A stretch of DNA of 64,000 nucleotides from an uncultured Gemmatimonadales bacterium. GTDB lineage: Bacteria; Gemmatimonadota; Gemmatimonadetes; Gemmatimonadales; Gemmatimonadaceae. Where the stretch lies: the NCBI GenBank assembly GCA_963850905.1, contig CAWKMU010000003.1, forward strand, positions 1,920,001 through 1,984,000. Direction: 5' to 3'. Of the stretch, positions 22,080 through 33,063 are shown piece by piece. The notes under the pieces were generated by a model, which made no database searches, was not told the DNA's origin, and was given only the letters and a program-made list of their open reading frames with translations. Position 1 is the stretch's first letter. The number at the start of each line of letters is the position of its first letter. A program made the position numbers and the translations under genes.

Positions 22080-23090
22080 TCAACGGGACGTGCCGCCGCC
22101 GTCGCCTTGGCTGGAGTCGCCGCTCCGGGTCCGGAACGCTTGCCCGAACGCATCTCGGGCGCGTTCCGCCATGTGCTCGAGTTCCGATACGACCGCGCGA
22201 GCCTGCGTGCCGTAATATCCGGCGGCAGCCGCGTAATCGTCAGCCAGCGGTTGATCGCCTTCTCCACCACGTCTCGGGTAGTCTCCGCGCAGGATCCGCT
22301 CATACGCCTCCGAGCTGCCCCAACGCCGAAGCTCGGCCGCCCGCACCGTGTTGAATGGATGGTCGCGGAAGACCGTGTTGAGCATCTTGAGGGCCGTGTC
22401 CCAGGCGCCACCGGTCGTCTCATACTCTTCGGCTTGGATGAGAAACTCGTCCAGATCGATTGCGTCGTCGCCCGCCTTTCCACCGGCCAGCTTGAGATAC
22501 GTGCCCAGCGAAGCGCGGAGATCCTGGGTTCCGAGCAGTCCGGCGCGGTCACAAGATAACTCGGCTTTGCGGTACCACTCGAGCAGCGCGATCTGGATGG
22601 GAAGCAGCGCGATCCCCGCGAGGAAGGGCAGGTTTCGCAGACCAAAATTGATCAGAATGATGGCGATCGTGCTATAGGTCACGTGCCCGCTCATGATGTG
22701 TCCCAGCTCATGGGCGAGCACGTCGCGCTGCTCCTCGCGATTCAACAACCCGAGCGTCCCGGAGTTGACGATGATGAACGGATCGTCGAAGCCAACCGCG
22801 CCGGCGTTGACGAACGGGGTCTGGGTGACGTAGAGCTGCGGGCGCGTTGGCCACTCGAACGTCGCGAGCACCTCAGTGTAGAGCGCATTGAGCTTGGGGC
22901 GCTGTCGCGGTCCCACCCGCACCGCATTCGCGAGGAACAGGTGGCGAAGGCCTCGCTCGCCGAAAAAGCCGGCGACCTTGCGAACCAGCTCGTCGAAACC
23001 GGGGATCGCACGCAGCGTGTTGAGCGCTGCCCGGTCGGCCGGGTGCTCCCACGCGAGCGAAGAGATACCGGGCAGAGGATTGGGGGCCAT
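22080..23090 (-). CDS. M48 family Zn metallopeptidase
   Basis: HELGH (HExxH), AELSCDRAGLL, HPFNTVR. Confidence 0.9.
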   Translation of the reverse strand: MAPNPLPGISSLAWEHPADRAALNTLRAIPGFDELVRKVAGFFGERGLRHLFLANAVRVGPRQRPKLNALYTEVLATFEWPTRPQLYVTQTPFVNAGAVGFDDPFIIVNSGTLGLLNREEQRDVLAHELGHIMSGHVTYSTIAIILINFGLRNLPFLAGIALLPIQIALLEWYRKAELSCDRAGLLGTQDLRASLGTYLKLAGGKAGDDAIDLDEFLIQAEEYETTGGAWDTALKMLNTVFRDHPFNTVRAAELRRWGSSEAYERILRGDYPRRGGEGDQPLADDYAAAAGYYGTQARAVVSELEHMAERARDAFGQAFRTRSGDSSQGDGGGTSR

Positions 23091-23095
23091 AACTG

Positions 23096-23128
23096 CAGGG
23101 GTCAGATGTCAGGGATCAGGGGTCCGGG
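23096..23128. repeat. Degenerate (CAGGGGT)n heptamer array
   Basis: caggggtcagatgtcagggatcaggggtccggg. Confidence 0.6.
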
Positions 23129-23217
23129 GAACTACAAGACCTACGCAGGACGCGGACGAAAGTTGCGCGGTCCTCCCGACCGATTCCTCCGCCCCGCACC
23201 TGTCTCCTTTCTCCTCT

Positions 23218-24405
23218 CTACGAGGCGCCACCGGCGTCGAGTCCGTCCCAGGCGTACTCGAGGTCCTCGAGCAGATCCTCGATGTCCTCGACGCCGCATG
23301 ACAGTCGGATGAGACCTTCGCTCATTCCGAGGGCCGCGCGACGCTCGGGCGGGACCGACGCGTGGGTCATCGATGCGGGGTGACTGATGAGGCTCTCGAC
23401 GCCGCCCAGCGACTCGGCGAGGGAAAACACGCGGACCCGACCCAGCACGTGAGCCGCACGGGCGCGAGTGCCCAGGTCGACGGACACCATGCCGCCGAAG
23501 CCGGACATTTGACGCTTCGCAAGGGCATGTTGCGGGTGCGACGGAAGCCCGGGATAGTTGACGCACCGCTCGCCCACGTGCTCGACCAGCCAGGCGGCGA
23601 CTCGTCGGCCGTTGGCATCATGACGGGGCATCCGCAGGTGGAGCGTTTTGGTTCCTCGGAGCGCGAGCCACGAGTCGAAGGGTCCCGGAACCGCGCCGGC
23701 GGCATTCTGGATGTACTGAATGCGCTCGGCCAAGGCATCGTCTCGCAGCGCGGCGATGCCGCCGATCATGTCGCTGTGCCCGTTGAGATACTTGGTCGTC
23801 GAGTGATATACGATATCAGCGCCCTGCTCGAGCGGTCGCTGAAAAAACGGTGTGGCAAAAGTATTGTCGACGATCAACAAGGCCCCGGCGCGATGAGCAA
23901 TGTCAGCGATCGCTGCGATGTCGGCGAGTCGCATGAGCGGATTGCTCGGCGTCTCGATGAGCACGGCGACCGTCCGATCGGTGATCGCGTCGGCGACGCG
24001 TTGCGGGTCGCGGGTGTCCACGAACGTGAAGCGCATGCCGTAGAGCTGGAGGATGCGGTCGAACAGCCGGAAGGTACCGCCGTAGACGTTTTCAGCGCAG
24101 ACGACATGGTCTCCGCTGCGAAACAACTTCATGAGACTGTCTACGCACCCCATGCCGCTCGCGAATGCGAACCCATGCGTTCCCTTCTCGAGCGCCGCGA
24201 CGTTGCGCTCGAGGGCCTCGCGGGTGGGGTTCTTCCCTCGCGCGTACTCATACCCTTTATTCTCACCGAGCGCGTCCTGGACGTACGTCGAGGTCAGGTA
24301 GACCGGCGTCATGATGGCACCCGAGAGCGGGTCCGGCCGTTGGCCAGCGTGGATGGCCCGCGTGCCGAAATGGGCGTCGAGATCGTTCGCAAAGACTTTG
24401 GTCAC
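23218..24405 (-). CDS. Cystathionine gamma-synthase/gamma-lyase (PLP transsulfuration enzyme)
   Basis: YEYARGKNPT, ETPSNP, DNTFATP, STTKYLNGHSD (PLP Lys), AESLGGVESL. Confidence 0.93.
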   Translation of the reverse strand: MTKVFANDLDAHFGTRAIHAGQRPDPLSGAIMTPVYLTSTYVQDALGENKGYEYARGKNPTREALERNVAALEKGTHGFAFASGMGCVDSLMKLFRSGDHVVCAENVYGGTFRLFDRILQLYGMRFTFVDTRDPQRVADAITDRTVAVLIETPSNPLMRLADIAAIADIAHRAGALLIVDNTFATPFFQRPLEQGADIVYHSTTKYLNGHSDMIGGIAALRDDALAERIQYIQNAAGAVPGPFDSWLALRGTKTLHLRMPRHDANGRRVAAWLVEHVGERCVNYPGLPSHPQHALAKRQMSGFGGMVSVDLGTRARAAHVLGRVRVFSLAESLGGVESLISHPASMTHASVPPERRAALGMSEGLIRLSCGVEDIEDLLEDLEYAWDGLDAGGAS

Positions 24406-25521
24406 ATGCCGGTCGTGATGAGTGAGGATGGGAAGTTAACCTGCCTGATCGTCGACGACGAACCCCAGCTCCGCCGTGTGCTCGCGCGGCTCATGGAAGC
24501 CGACGGGTTCACTTGTGTCGAGGCCGGATCCGGATCCGAGGCCCTCGATGTGCTTGGCGGCCGCGACGTGGCGCTCATGTTGACCGACCTCCGGATGCCC
24601 AGGATGGACGGCATCACGCTGCTGCGCGAAACACGCGCGCGTTTTCCGGAGCTCGCGGTCGTGATGATTACGGCCGTGGCGGACGTCGACGTGGCGGTGA
24701 GCTGTTTGGCCGTCGGCGCGATGGACTACCTGACGAAACCGTTCAACATCGAGGAAGTGCGTGCCCGAGTCCGACAGGCCCTCGAAAAACGGCGTCTCGT
24801 ACGGGACCTTCGAGCCTACCAGGAACAGCTGGAAGAGCGTGTGCGCGCGCAGGCTCACCAGCTCGAGGAATTGTTCCTCGGGACGATGCAGGCCTTTGCC
24901 GCGGCGCTCGAGGTCAAGGATCCCTACACGCGCGGCCATTCGATCCGGGTCAGCCAGTACTCGGTCGCGATTGCTCGCGCCATGGCGCTGGATGATGAGT
25001 CGGTTCGTCAGATCGAGATCGGCGGCCACCTGCACGACATCGGGAAGATCGGTGTGCGCGAGGCGGTGCTGAACAAGCCAGGCCCGCTCACCGACGAGGA
25101 GTACGAACACATCATGACGCACCCCGTTGTCGGGTGGCGTATTCTCTCTCCCCTCCTGTCGGATGTGCCGATGGCACTGCACATCGTGCGATCACACCAT
25201 GAACGCTTCGATGGGCGCGGCATTCCGGATGGACTCGAGGCAGGAGAAATCCCGCTCGAGGCACGGATCGCTGCGGTCGCAGACGCCTTCGACGCGATGA
25301 CCAGCGGCCGCGCCTACCGCCAAGGTGGGCGCATGACTCTGACCGCCGCGGTCGCCGAAGTGGAGCGCTGCTGCGGGACCCAATTCGATCCGGATGTCGT
25401 CGCCGCATTTTCCCGCGCGCTGTCCGAGGGCGGGATCACGGTCCCGCAGCCTCGTTCGGATGGTTCCTCGGGGCGATCGGTGCCACCGCGGAGCGAGCCG
25501 TCGATACCCGGATCTCGCTGA
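24406..25521 (+). CDS. Response regulator receiver + HD-GYP phosphodiesterase (start 24406 or 24418)
   Basis: IVDDE...DLRMP...KPF receiver domain. KDPYTRGHS, LHDIGK, HHERFDGRGIP, ADAFDAMTS HD-GYP motifs. Confidence 0.92.
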   Translation: MPVVMSEDGKLTCLIVDDEPQLRRVLARLMEADGFTCVEAGSGSEALDVLGGRDVALMLTDLRMPRMDGITLLRETRARFPELAVVMITAVADVDVAVSCLAVGAMDYLTKPFNIEEVRARVRQALEKRRLVRDLRAYQEQLEERVRAQAHQLEELFLGTMQAFAAALEVKDPYTRGHSIRVSQYSVAIARAMALDDESVRQIEIGGHLHDIGKIGVREAVLNKPGPLTDEEYEHIMTHPVVGWRILSPLLSDVPMALHIVRSHHERFDGRGIPDGLEAGEIPLEARIAAVADAFDAMTSGRAYRQGGRMTLTAAVAEVERCCGTQFDPDVVAAFSRALSEGGITVPQPRSDGSSGRSVPPRSEPSIPGSR

Positions 25522-25627
25522 CGTGGGCGGCGGGCGATGCGTGCCCGCGAGAGGAGAGCCGAACACGGAGCAAGGCGACTGGGAGGACCGGACGCGTCGC
25601 TCTTTCCGACGTGACTACCTTTCGCCG

Positions 25628-27010
25628 ATGGTGACTGATGGTCTCATGGTCAGCGTGTCGGGGGTTCGCGGGCGGGTGGGCGAGGCCCTGACCCCGGAAG
25701 TCGTCACGACGTTTGCTGCCGCCTTCGGCGCGTGGGCGTTGGCCGGCGCTGACCGAGGGGCGAAACGACCGCGCGTCGTCGTCGGTCGGGACAGCCGCGT
25801 GTCCGGCCCGATGTTTCATCGCGCCGTGCTCGCTGCACTGCAGTCCGTCGGATGCGACATCATCGATGTCGGCATTGCGCCAACCCCAACAATCCAGCTC
25901 GCCGTAGAGTCGCTCCATGCCGCGGGCGGTCTCGCGATCACCGCGAGTCACAACCCGATCGAGTGGAACGCCCTCAAGTTCATCGCACCGACCGGGCTTT
26001 TCCTCTCCGCGGAGGAGGGTGCGGCGATGCGGGCCGGGATGGAGCGCGGTATCCCGCGAGCGAGCTGGGACCATCTCGGGGAAGTCGAGCTGGACCGGGA
26101 GGCCGTCGCGCGGCACATCGATCGGATTCTGGAGCTGCCGTATATCGATGTCGAAGCCATTCGCGCGCGCCGACTCCATGTGGCGCTGGACTGTGTGCGC
26201 GGCGCCGGCGGCGTCATCATGCCGGTGTTGCTCGAGCGCCTCGGCTGCCGCACGACGGCGATCAACCTGGAGACGGACGGCCGATTCCCACGCCCGCCGG
26301 AGCCGATTGCCGCCAATCTGGGAGCACTCGAGGCACTGGTGCGCGCGAGCGGCGCGGATGTCGGGTTTGCCGTGGATCCCGACGTCGACCGGCTCGCGCT
26401 GGTGGATGAAACCGGGCGCGCAATCGGGGAGGACTACACGCTGGCGCTTGCGATGGCGGCCGTCCTCAAACGCCAGCCCGGCCCGGTGGTTACGAACCTG
26501 TCGACGAGCCGACTGATCGACGATGTAGCCGCCGATGCCAACGTCCGCGTGATTCGGTCAGCGGTGGGCGAGGTCAATGTCGCCCTCCGCATGCGAGCTG
26601 AGCGGGCGCCAGTTGGCGGGGAGGGGAACGGCGGCGTCATCGTGTCTGCCCTGCATCTCGGGCGGGATGCTCCAGTGGGTGCGGCGCTGGTGCTACAGCT
26701 GCTGTCCGACGCTGAGGGCGCAACACTGTCCACCGTGGTGGCCCGCTGGCCTCGCTACGCCATCGTCAAAGACAAGCTAGAGCGGCCGGCTGGGTCGCTC
26801 GACCGTGCGTACGAGGCCCTAAAACAGGCGTTTCCGGGGGCGGGGGTCGACACGCAAGACGGTTTGCGGCTGGCGTGGGCCGATAGCTGGCTTCACGTCC
26901 GGCCTAGCGGGACGGAACCGATCGTGCGTGTCATCGCTGAGGCCAAGACGGAAGCGCAGGCCCGTGACCTGGTCGCCCAGGCCCGCGTCCCGCTCAAAGC
27001 CTTAGCTTAA
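25628..27010 (+). CDS. glmM: Phosphoglucosamine mutase / phosphohexomutase
   Basis: ITASHNP (phospho-Ser), DPDVDRL, GGEGNGG, VRPSGTEP; directly upstream of glmS. Confidence 0.9.
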   Translation: MVTDGLMVSVSGVRGRVGEALTPEVVTTFAAAFGAWALAGADRGAKRPRVVVGRDSRVSGPMFHRAVLAALQSVGCDIIDVGIAPTPTIQLAVESLHAAGGLAITASHNPIEWNALKFIAPTGLFLSAEEGAAMRAGMERGIPRASWDHLGEVELDREAVARHIDRILELPYIDVEAIRARRLHVALDCVRGAGGVIMPVLLERLGCRTTAINLETDGRFPRPPEPIAANLGALEALVRASGADVGFAVDPDVDRLALVDETGRAIGEDYTLALAMAAVLKRQPGPVVTNLSTSRLIDDVAADANVRVIRSAVGEVNVALRMRAERAPVGGEGNGGVIVSALHLGRDAPVGAALVLQLLSDAEGATLSTVVARWPRYAIVKDKLERPAGSLDRAYEALKQAFPGAGVDTQDGLRLAWADSWLHVRPSGTEPIVRVIAEAKTEAQARDLVAQARVPLKALA

Positions 27011-27132
27011 ATGCCTGCTCGGGGAGCGTGCCGCAGGTAGGCACCTCTCCGGGGTCCGACTCGAAACCCACTGGGTGAACCGGACGCGCTGGCCGGGTAA
27101 CACCGTCGTTTGCAACAGGAACGGGATCAGCT

Positions 27133-28958
<1,826 letters not shown>

Positions 28959-28961
28959 CGG

Positions 28962-29079
28962 CAGGGATCAGGGGTTAGGGCTTAGGGGTTAGCGACAACC
29001 CAGAAGGCCAGCCGCGAGTGCCGCGCGACTGGCCTTTCAGTTTGGTCCCTAACCCCTAATCCTCGGTGCCTAACCCCTG
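28962..29079. repeat. Inverted heptamer arrays (GGGGTTA)n / (TAACCCC)n enclosing a terminator hairpin
   Basis: cagggatcaggggttagggcttaggggttag ... tccctaacccctaatcctcggtgcctaacccctg. Confidence 0.8.
29003..29038. terminator. Hairpin terminator between convergent glmS and downstream gene
   Basis: gaaggccagccgcg-agtgccg-cgcgactggcctttc, followed by a T-rich stretch. Confidence 0.6.
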
Positions 29080-29089
29080 TCGTTCAGCC

Positions 29090-30376
29090 CTAGTGTTTCC
29101 CCCCTCCAACGCTCGCGCTGCCACCTCCGCCGCTGTACCCGCCGCCTCCGGAGTATCCCCCGCCCCCTGAGGATCCGCCCACACCTGAGTAGCCCCCTCC
29201 GCCTGAGTAACCGCTTCCACCGGAAGAGCCGCCGCTAGAGTGGCTACTGGATCCGCTGCCCGAGCTGCCGCTCGAGGAGCTCCCGCCTGAGGTGCCCCCC
29301 GAGGCGCCACCGCTGTGGGCATAACCTCCGGACGATCCGCCGGCGTGGTTTCCACCCGACGATGCGTTGTTCGACGATGCCCCGCTGCTGCCGGAGGACG
29401 ACGTGCCGGGCGACGACGAGCCGCTGCCGTTCGTAGAGTAGGTCGTCGCCGATCCGCGATCGAAACTGCCCCCGCTTGCGACGCCTGCGCCCGCGGTTCT
29501 GGCTTGGATTTTCGGGTCGGCGTACGCCGTTGGCGGTCGCTCCTCTCGGGTGCCGATGCGTAGCGCGGGGACGCCGGCCTTGTCCACTCCGTCGGGCTTC
29601 ATCACGACCGGGCGATCCTTGGTGGGCGCGTCCAGCACTGGCTTGAACGGCAATTGCTTGGGCGTGCACGCTGGTGATGCGCGCACGCACACGGCTGGCG
29701 CCGAGACGCCCGCCGGGGCGACCGCCGAACCGTAGCCGACCATCCCGACCCCGGGTGCGGCCAGGTCCTCGGCGGGCATGTAGGGCTCTTCAGCGAACTC
29801 GCCCAGCGTTGGACCCGCAACCGCGAACGATTGGTGGATTGGGCCGCATAATTCGTCGGTCGCCCAGTCGTTCGGGTTGGCCGGACGGCTGGGGTCGAGA
29901 ACCGGGGCGAGCGCCACTTCTGGGCGCGTCATAGAGGTGGAGCGATACCCGAGCGCCTTCGCCAAGGCGAGTGGATGTGTCGCGTATCCATCGAGCTTGA
30001 GGGGCTGCCGCGAGGCCACGACGAAGAGGCACGCCCACGCCGATTGCAATGGATACGATGCGAGGAGCGACTGGCGCTCCGCGCCTTCGTCAGTCAGATA
30101 CGACAACGCATGCACATGCATGCCGACCGCTTCCGGGTAGTCGTCCGATGCATAGGGATAGAGCAACTCCGCCGCGCCGCCGGAATACACTTCGAACGCC
30201 GCGATGTACGCCGGGTCACTCAGCTGGTACTGGAGGTAGCTGCCGTCGGACGAGAGCAGATGAATCGACAGCGGGGGGACTTGGACGCGCTCCGCCTGAA
30301 TACTGTCTTGAGCGAAGAGGCAGCCGGCAGAAGCGACGCCCAGCATGCCAGCCGAGACCAACGTCAGCGCGCGCAT
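29090..30376 (-). CDS. Exported hypothetical protein (DUF4384-like N-terminal domain) with long Gly/Ser-rich tail
   Basis: GGGAGG RBS before ATG 30376; signal peptide; PAYIAAFEV...ELLYP...LFVVASRQPL; C-terminal (GGGGYS)n repeats. Confidence 0.6.
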   Translation of the reverse strand: MRALTLVSAGMLGVASAGCLFAQDSIQAERVQVPPLSIHLLSSDGSYLQYQLSDPAYIAAFEVYSGGAAELLYPYASDDYPEAVGMHVHALSYLTDEGAERQSLLASYPLQSAWACLFVVASRQPLKLDGYATHPLALAKALGYRSTSMTRPEVALAPVLDPSRPANPNDWATDELCGPIHQSFAVAGPTLGEFAEEPYMPAEDLAAPGVGMVGYGSAVAPAGVSAPAVCVRASPACTPKQLPFKPVLDAPTKDRPVVMKPDGVDKAGVPALRIGTREERPPTAYADPKIQARTAGAGVASGGSFDRGSATTYSTNGSGSSSPGTSSSGSSGASSNNASSGGNHAGGSSGGYAHSGGASGGTSGGSSSSGSSGSGSSSHSSGGSSGGSGYSGGGGYSGVGGSSGGGGYSGGGGYSGGGGSASVGGGKH

Positions 30377-30461
30377 ATTCCCTCCCGGGCTCGCGTTCGC
30401 ACTGCTGACCCCTCCATCCAATGTACGCGTTCTCGGGGGACGGTGTTGGACCGGGACGTTT

Positions 30462-30533
30462 GGTGCGGACGGCGTAGGCGAGCGACGTATTGCGTCGCCC
30501 CTACCCGCCGATCAGTGAGTTGCGTGCGGGCGG
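30462..30533. repeat. 72-bp GTAG-REP module, copy 1
   Basis: ggtgcggacgg...gcgacgtattgcgtcgcccctac...gcgtgcgggcgg; aligns with 33795-33866. Confidence 0.75.
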
Positions 30534-30623
30534 TGTGTGCGGTCGGCGATCCCGGCGTTCGCACGGAGCGCATGTGTCGCCGCGACATGGACATTTTGTG
30601 CATGACCGCCTTCCTTCTACCGC

Positions 30624-31082
30624 ATGCGTGTGTTGTTGCAACGCGTTTCGCGTGCAGAAGTACGGGTGCGCACCGGCGATGAGAGCCGAATCGCCGGGCA
30701 AATCGGCCACGGTCTCGTGTTGCTCGTCGGTTTCCGCACAGGCGAGTCGGCAGCGGGCGACGAGCCGCTGCAATGGATGGCGGAGAAAATCGCGGGACTG
30801 CGGGTATTCAGCGACGAGAATAACAAGATGAATCTCGGGCTTCTCGACGTCGGAGGGAGCGTCCTGGTCGTGTCACAATTCACGCTGTACGGCGACGCGG
30901 TCAAAGGGCGTCGACCGAGCTTCATCGACGCGGCTCGACCCGACGAAGCCGAGCCAGTCTACAAGCGATTTCTCGCGCTGCTGCGTGCGCGCGGTCTGCA
31001 GGTCGAAGCTGGAGAATTTGGCGCGATGATGGACGTCGAGCTCGTCAACGATGGGCCCGTGACGTTGTGGCTCGAGCGATGA
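30624..31082 (+). CDS. dtd: D-aminoacyl-tRNA deacylase
   Basis: MRVLLQRVS, SQFTLYGD, GRRPSF, NDGPVT. Confidence 0.97.
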   Translation: MRVLLQRVSRAEVRVRTGDESRIAGQIGHGLVLLVGFRTGESAAGDEPLQWMAEKIAGLRVFSDENNKMNLGLLDVGGSVLVVSQFTLYGDAVKGRRPSFIDAARPDEAEPVYKRFLALLRARGLQVEAGEFGAMMDVELVNDGPVTLWLER

Positions 31083-31723
31083 TCTCCGCGTCCCGCGGCG
31101 ACACACCCGGGCCGGTGGTGCCGCGCGTCATTCTCGCCTCCCAGAGTCCGCGTCGCCGAGATCTCCTCTCGCTCATTGGCGTCCGACACACGGTGCGTCC
31201 AGCCGACATTGACGAATCGGTTCACCCCGGCGAGTCGCCACTGGCGTGCGTCGGACGATTGGCGCGGGAAAAGGCGGACCGCGTCGCGAGCGCTGAAGCG
31301 AAAGCTGATGACCACGCCGTGATCATTGCGGCCGACACCATCGTCGTCATCGATGACCGGATTCTCAACAAGCCGATCGACGCTGCTGATGCGCGCAGGA
31401 TGCTGCATGCGCTCCAGGGGCGCACGCACCACGTACACACCGCTGTCTGCGTCGCCCGAGATGCTCGCCGGGCGGTGGACGTGGCCTCAGTCCGCGTGCG
31501 ATTTCGGGCGCTCACTGCCCCGGAGATCGACCTCTACGTCGCGACCGGCGAGCCCATGGACAAGGCCGGCGCCTATGGCATCCAGGGTTACGGTGCGACG
31601 ATCGTCGATCACATCGACGGGGACTTCTTCGCGGTCATGGGATTGCCACTCGTGACACTCGTGCGGTTGCTGGGAGAGGTTGGGGTGCGGTACGAGTTCG
31701 GCAGGATATGGGTGGCGCGCTGA
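31079..31723 (+). CDS. maf: Maf family nucleotide pyrophosphatase
   Basis: ILASQSPRR, AADTIV, DKAGAYGIQG, VMGLPL; ATGA overlap with dtd. Confidence 0.95.
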   Translation: MISASRGDTPGPVVPRVILASQSPRRRDLLSLIGVRHTVRPADIDESVHPGESPLACVGRLAREKADRVASAEAKADDHAVIIAADTIVVIDDRILNKPIDAADARRMLHALQGRTHHVHTAVCVARDARRAVDVASVRVRFRALTAPEIDLYVATGEPMDKAGAYGIQGYGATIVDHIDGDFFAVMGLPLVTLVRLLGEVGVRYEFGRIWVAR

Positions 31724-31728
31724 ACGGC

Positions 31729-31987
31729 GGGTTTGGGGTCTGGGGTTTGGGGTTTGGGGTTTGGGAACGACCGGGCAACGGCCACGACACCAGCAGGCGG
31801 CCTGACGGCCGCCCCTGCATGTCGGTATGGACGGCGAGGCCCCAGGGCGCGGTACTAACGATTCGGGTTACCGGTCGACGAATCCAACTCCGGCGCTGCC
31901 CGCAGCAACATGTAGGGGCGGGCTTCAGCCCGCCCATTTTCTTGCGGTGGTCGTGGTCGTTCGCCAAACCCCCAACCGCAACCCCGC
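31729..31987. repeat. Inverted (GGGGTTT)n / (AAACCCC)-like arrays enclosing hairpins and a GTAG-REP (31912-31935)
   Basis: gggtttggggtctggggtttggggtttggggtttgggaacgacc ... ggtcgttcgccaaacccccaaccgcaacccc; internal GTAGGGGCGGGCTTCAGCCCGCCC. Confidence 0.8.
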
Positions 31988-31995
31988 TCTTCCGA

Positions 31996-33063
31996 CTACA
32001 AACCCGGCTTCGTCGTCGCCCGATATTGGTTCCGCCACACCCCAACCTTCTCCAACACATCCTCCACGCGAATCCGGCCCATACGCCCCGGCCGCAATTC
32101 CATCGACACGGGATAGTCTTCGCCGGGGTCGCCGTACGCGTCGACTACAAGGTCCTGGAAGCGGCGGTAGGGTCCAGTGCGCTTTGGATTGGTGTAGCCG
32201 TACAGTCCGATGACGGGTCGTCCGAGCGCCACGGCCATGTGTAATGGGCCGGTGTCGGGTGTCAGCACGAGCGCGGCGCCATCGAGCACGCCAACGAGCC
32301 GCCGAAGGCCCAGGCCAAGCGCGGGAACGGCGCACGGCGCGAGACGCGTGATCGTCGCCGCAGCTGCCTGCTCGCGCGCCGAGGTGCCACCGACGAGCAC
32401 GGGCGTGAGCCCTGCGTCACGATCCAGCGCGCGCGCAACCTCCGCCCATCGCTCGGACAACCAGTCTTTTTCCGGTTTGCTCGTGGCCACGACGATCGCG
32501 GCCACCGGCCGGTCGAACTGCGCGTAGAACCGTCGCTGGTCCTCACGCTCGCCAGGCCAGGGACCCAGATCCCACTGCGGCTCGCCGTGCGGCACCCCTA
32601 GCGCGTCGAGAAACTCGAAGTACTGATCCTGCACGTGCTGGCCTGTCGGGTGCGCCGGAATGCGATGCGTCGTGAAGAGCCAGTTCATGTCGCGCGCCCG
32701 TGCCCGATCGAAGCCGAGCTTGACCGGTGCGCGCGTGAACCCCGTCACTATTCCTGCTTTGAGATAGACCTGGAGATCGAGCACGGCATCGAACGGGTGG
32801 GCAGCCAGCGTCCGACGGACGTCGCGGAATGCGCGCCAGCCCGCCGCGCGCTCGAAGAGGATGATATCATCGACCGCCGGATGCCCTCGAACGAGCGATG
32901 CCGGCGCGGGCTGCAACACCCACGTGATGTGGGGCGCGCGTTGGATTCGCTTCAGCGCGGTGATCACCGGCAGGACGTGCACGGCATCGCCCACCGCACT
33001 CATCATCACGATCCCAACGCGATCGAGTCGAGGAGGCCACGGGCCACTTCGACGGGCGCTCAT
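31996..33063 (-). CDS. Glycosyltransferase family 9 (LPS heptosyltransferase, OpsX/WaaC-like)
   Basis: MSAVGDAVH, LDLQ, TPDTGPLHMAVALG, YGYTNPKRTGP. Confidence 0.92.
   Translation of the reverse strand: MSARRSGPWPPRLDRVGIVMMSAVGDAVHVLPVITALKRIQRAPHITWVLQPAPASLVRGHPAVDDIILFERAAGWRAFRDVRRTLAAHPFDAVLDLQVYLKAGIVTGFTRAPVKLGFDRARARDMNWLFTTHRIPAHPTGQHVQDQYFEFLDALGVPHGEPQWDLGPWPGEREDQRRFYAQFDRPVAAIVVATSKPEKDWLSERWAEVARALDRDAGLTPVLVGGTSAREQAAAATITRLAPCAVPALGLGLRRLVGVLDGAALVLTPDTGPLHMAVALGRPVIGLYGYTNPKRTGPYRRFQDLVVDAYGDPGEDYPVSMELRPGRMGRIRVEDVLEKVGVWRNQYRATTKPGL

Noticed and set aside
23362..24405. Long N-terminal extension of the 719-aa ORF
   Set aside because: Antisense shadow of the cystathionine lyase gene; the receiver domain only begins at about 24406-24418.
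27011..27132. Canonical glmS ribozyme
   Set aside because: The conserved AGCGCC cleavage-site and GACGAGG core elements are not visible; kept only as a candidate structured leader.
31708..32244. Small ORFs translating heptamer arrays (GVWGLGFG, SGVRGQG; also 12421-12612, 55724-55921)
   Set aside because: Peptide repeats are by-products of the 7-nt DNA repeats; they overlap real genes and have no RBS support.
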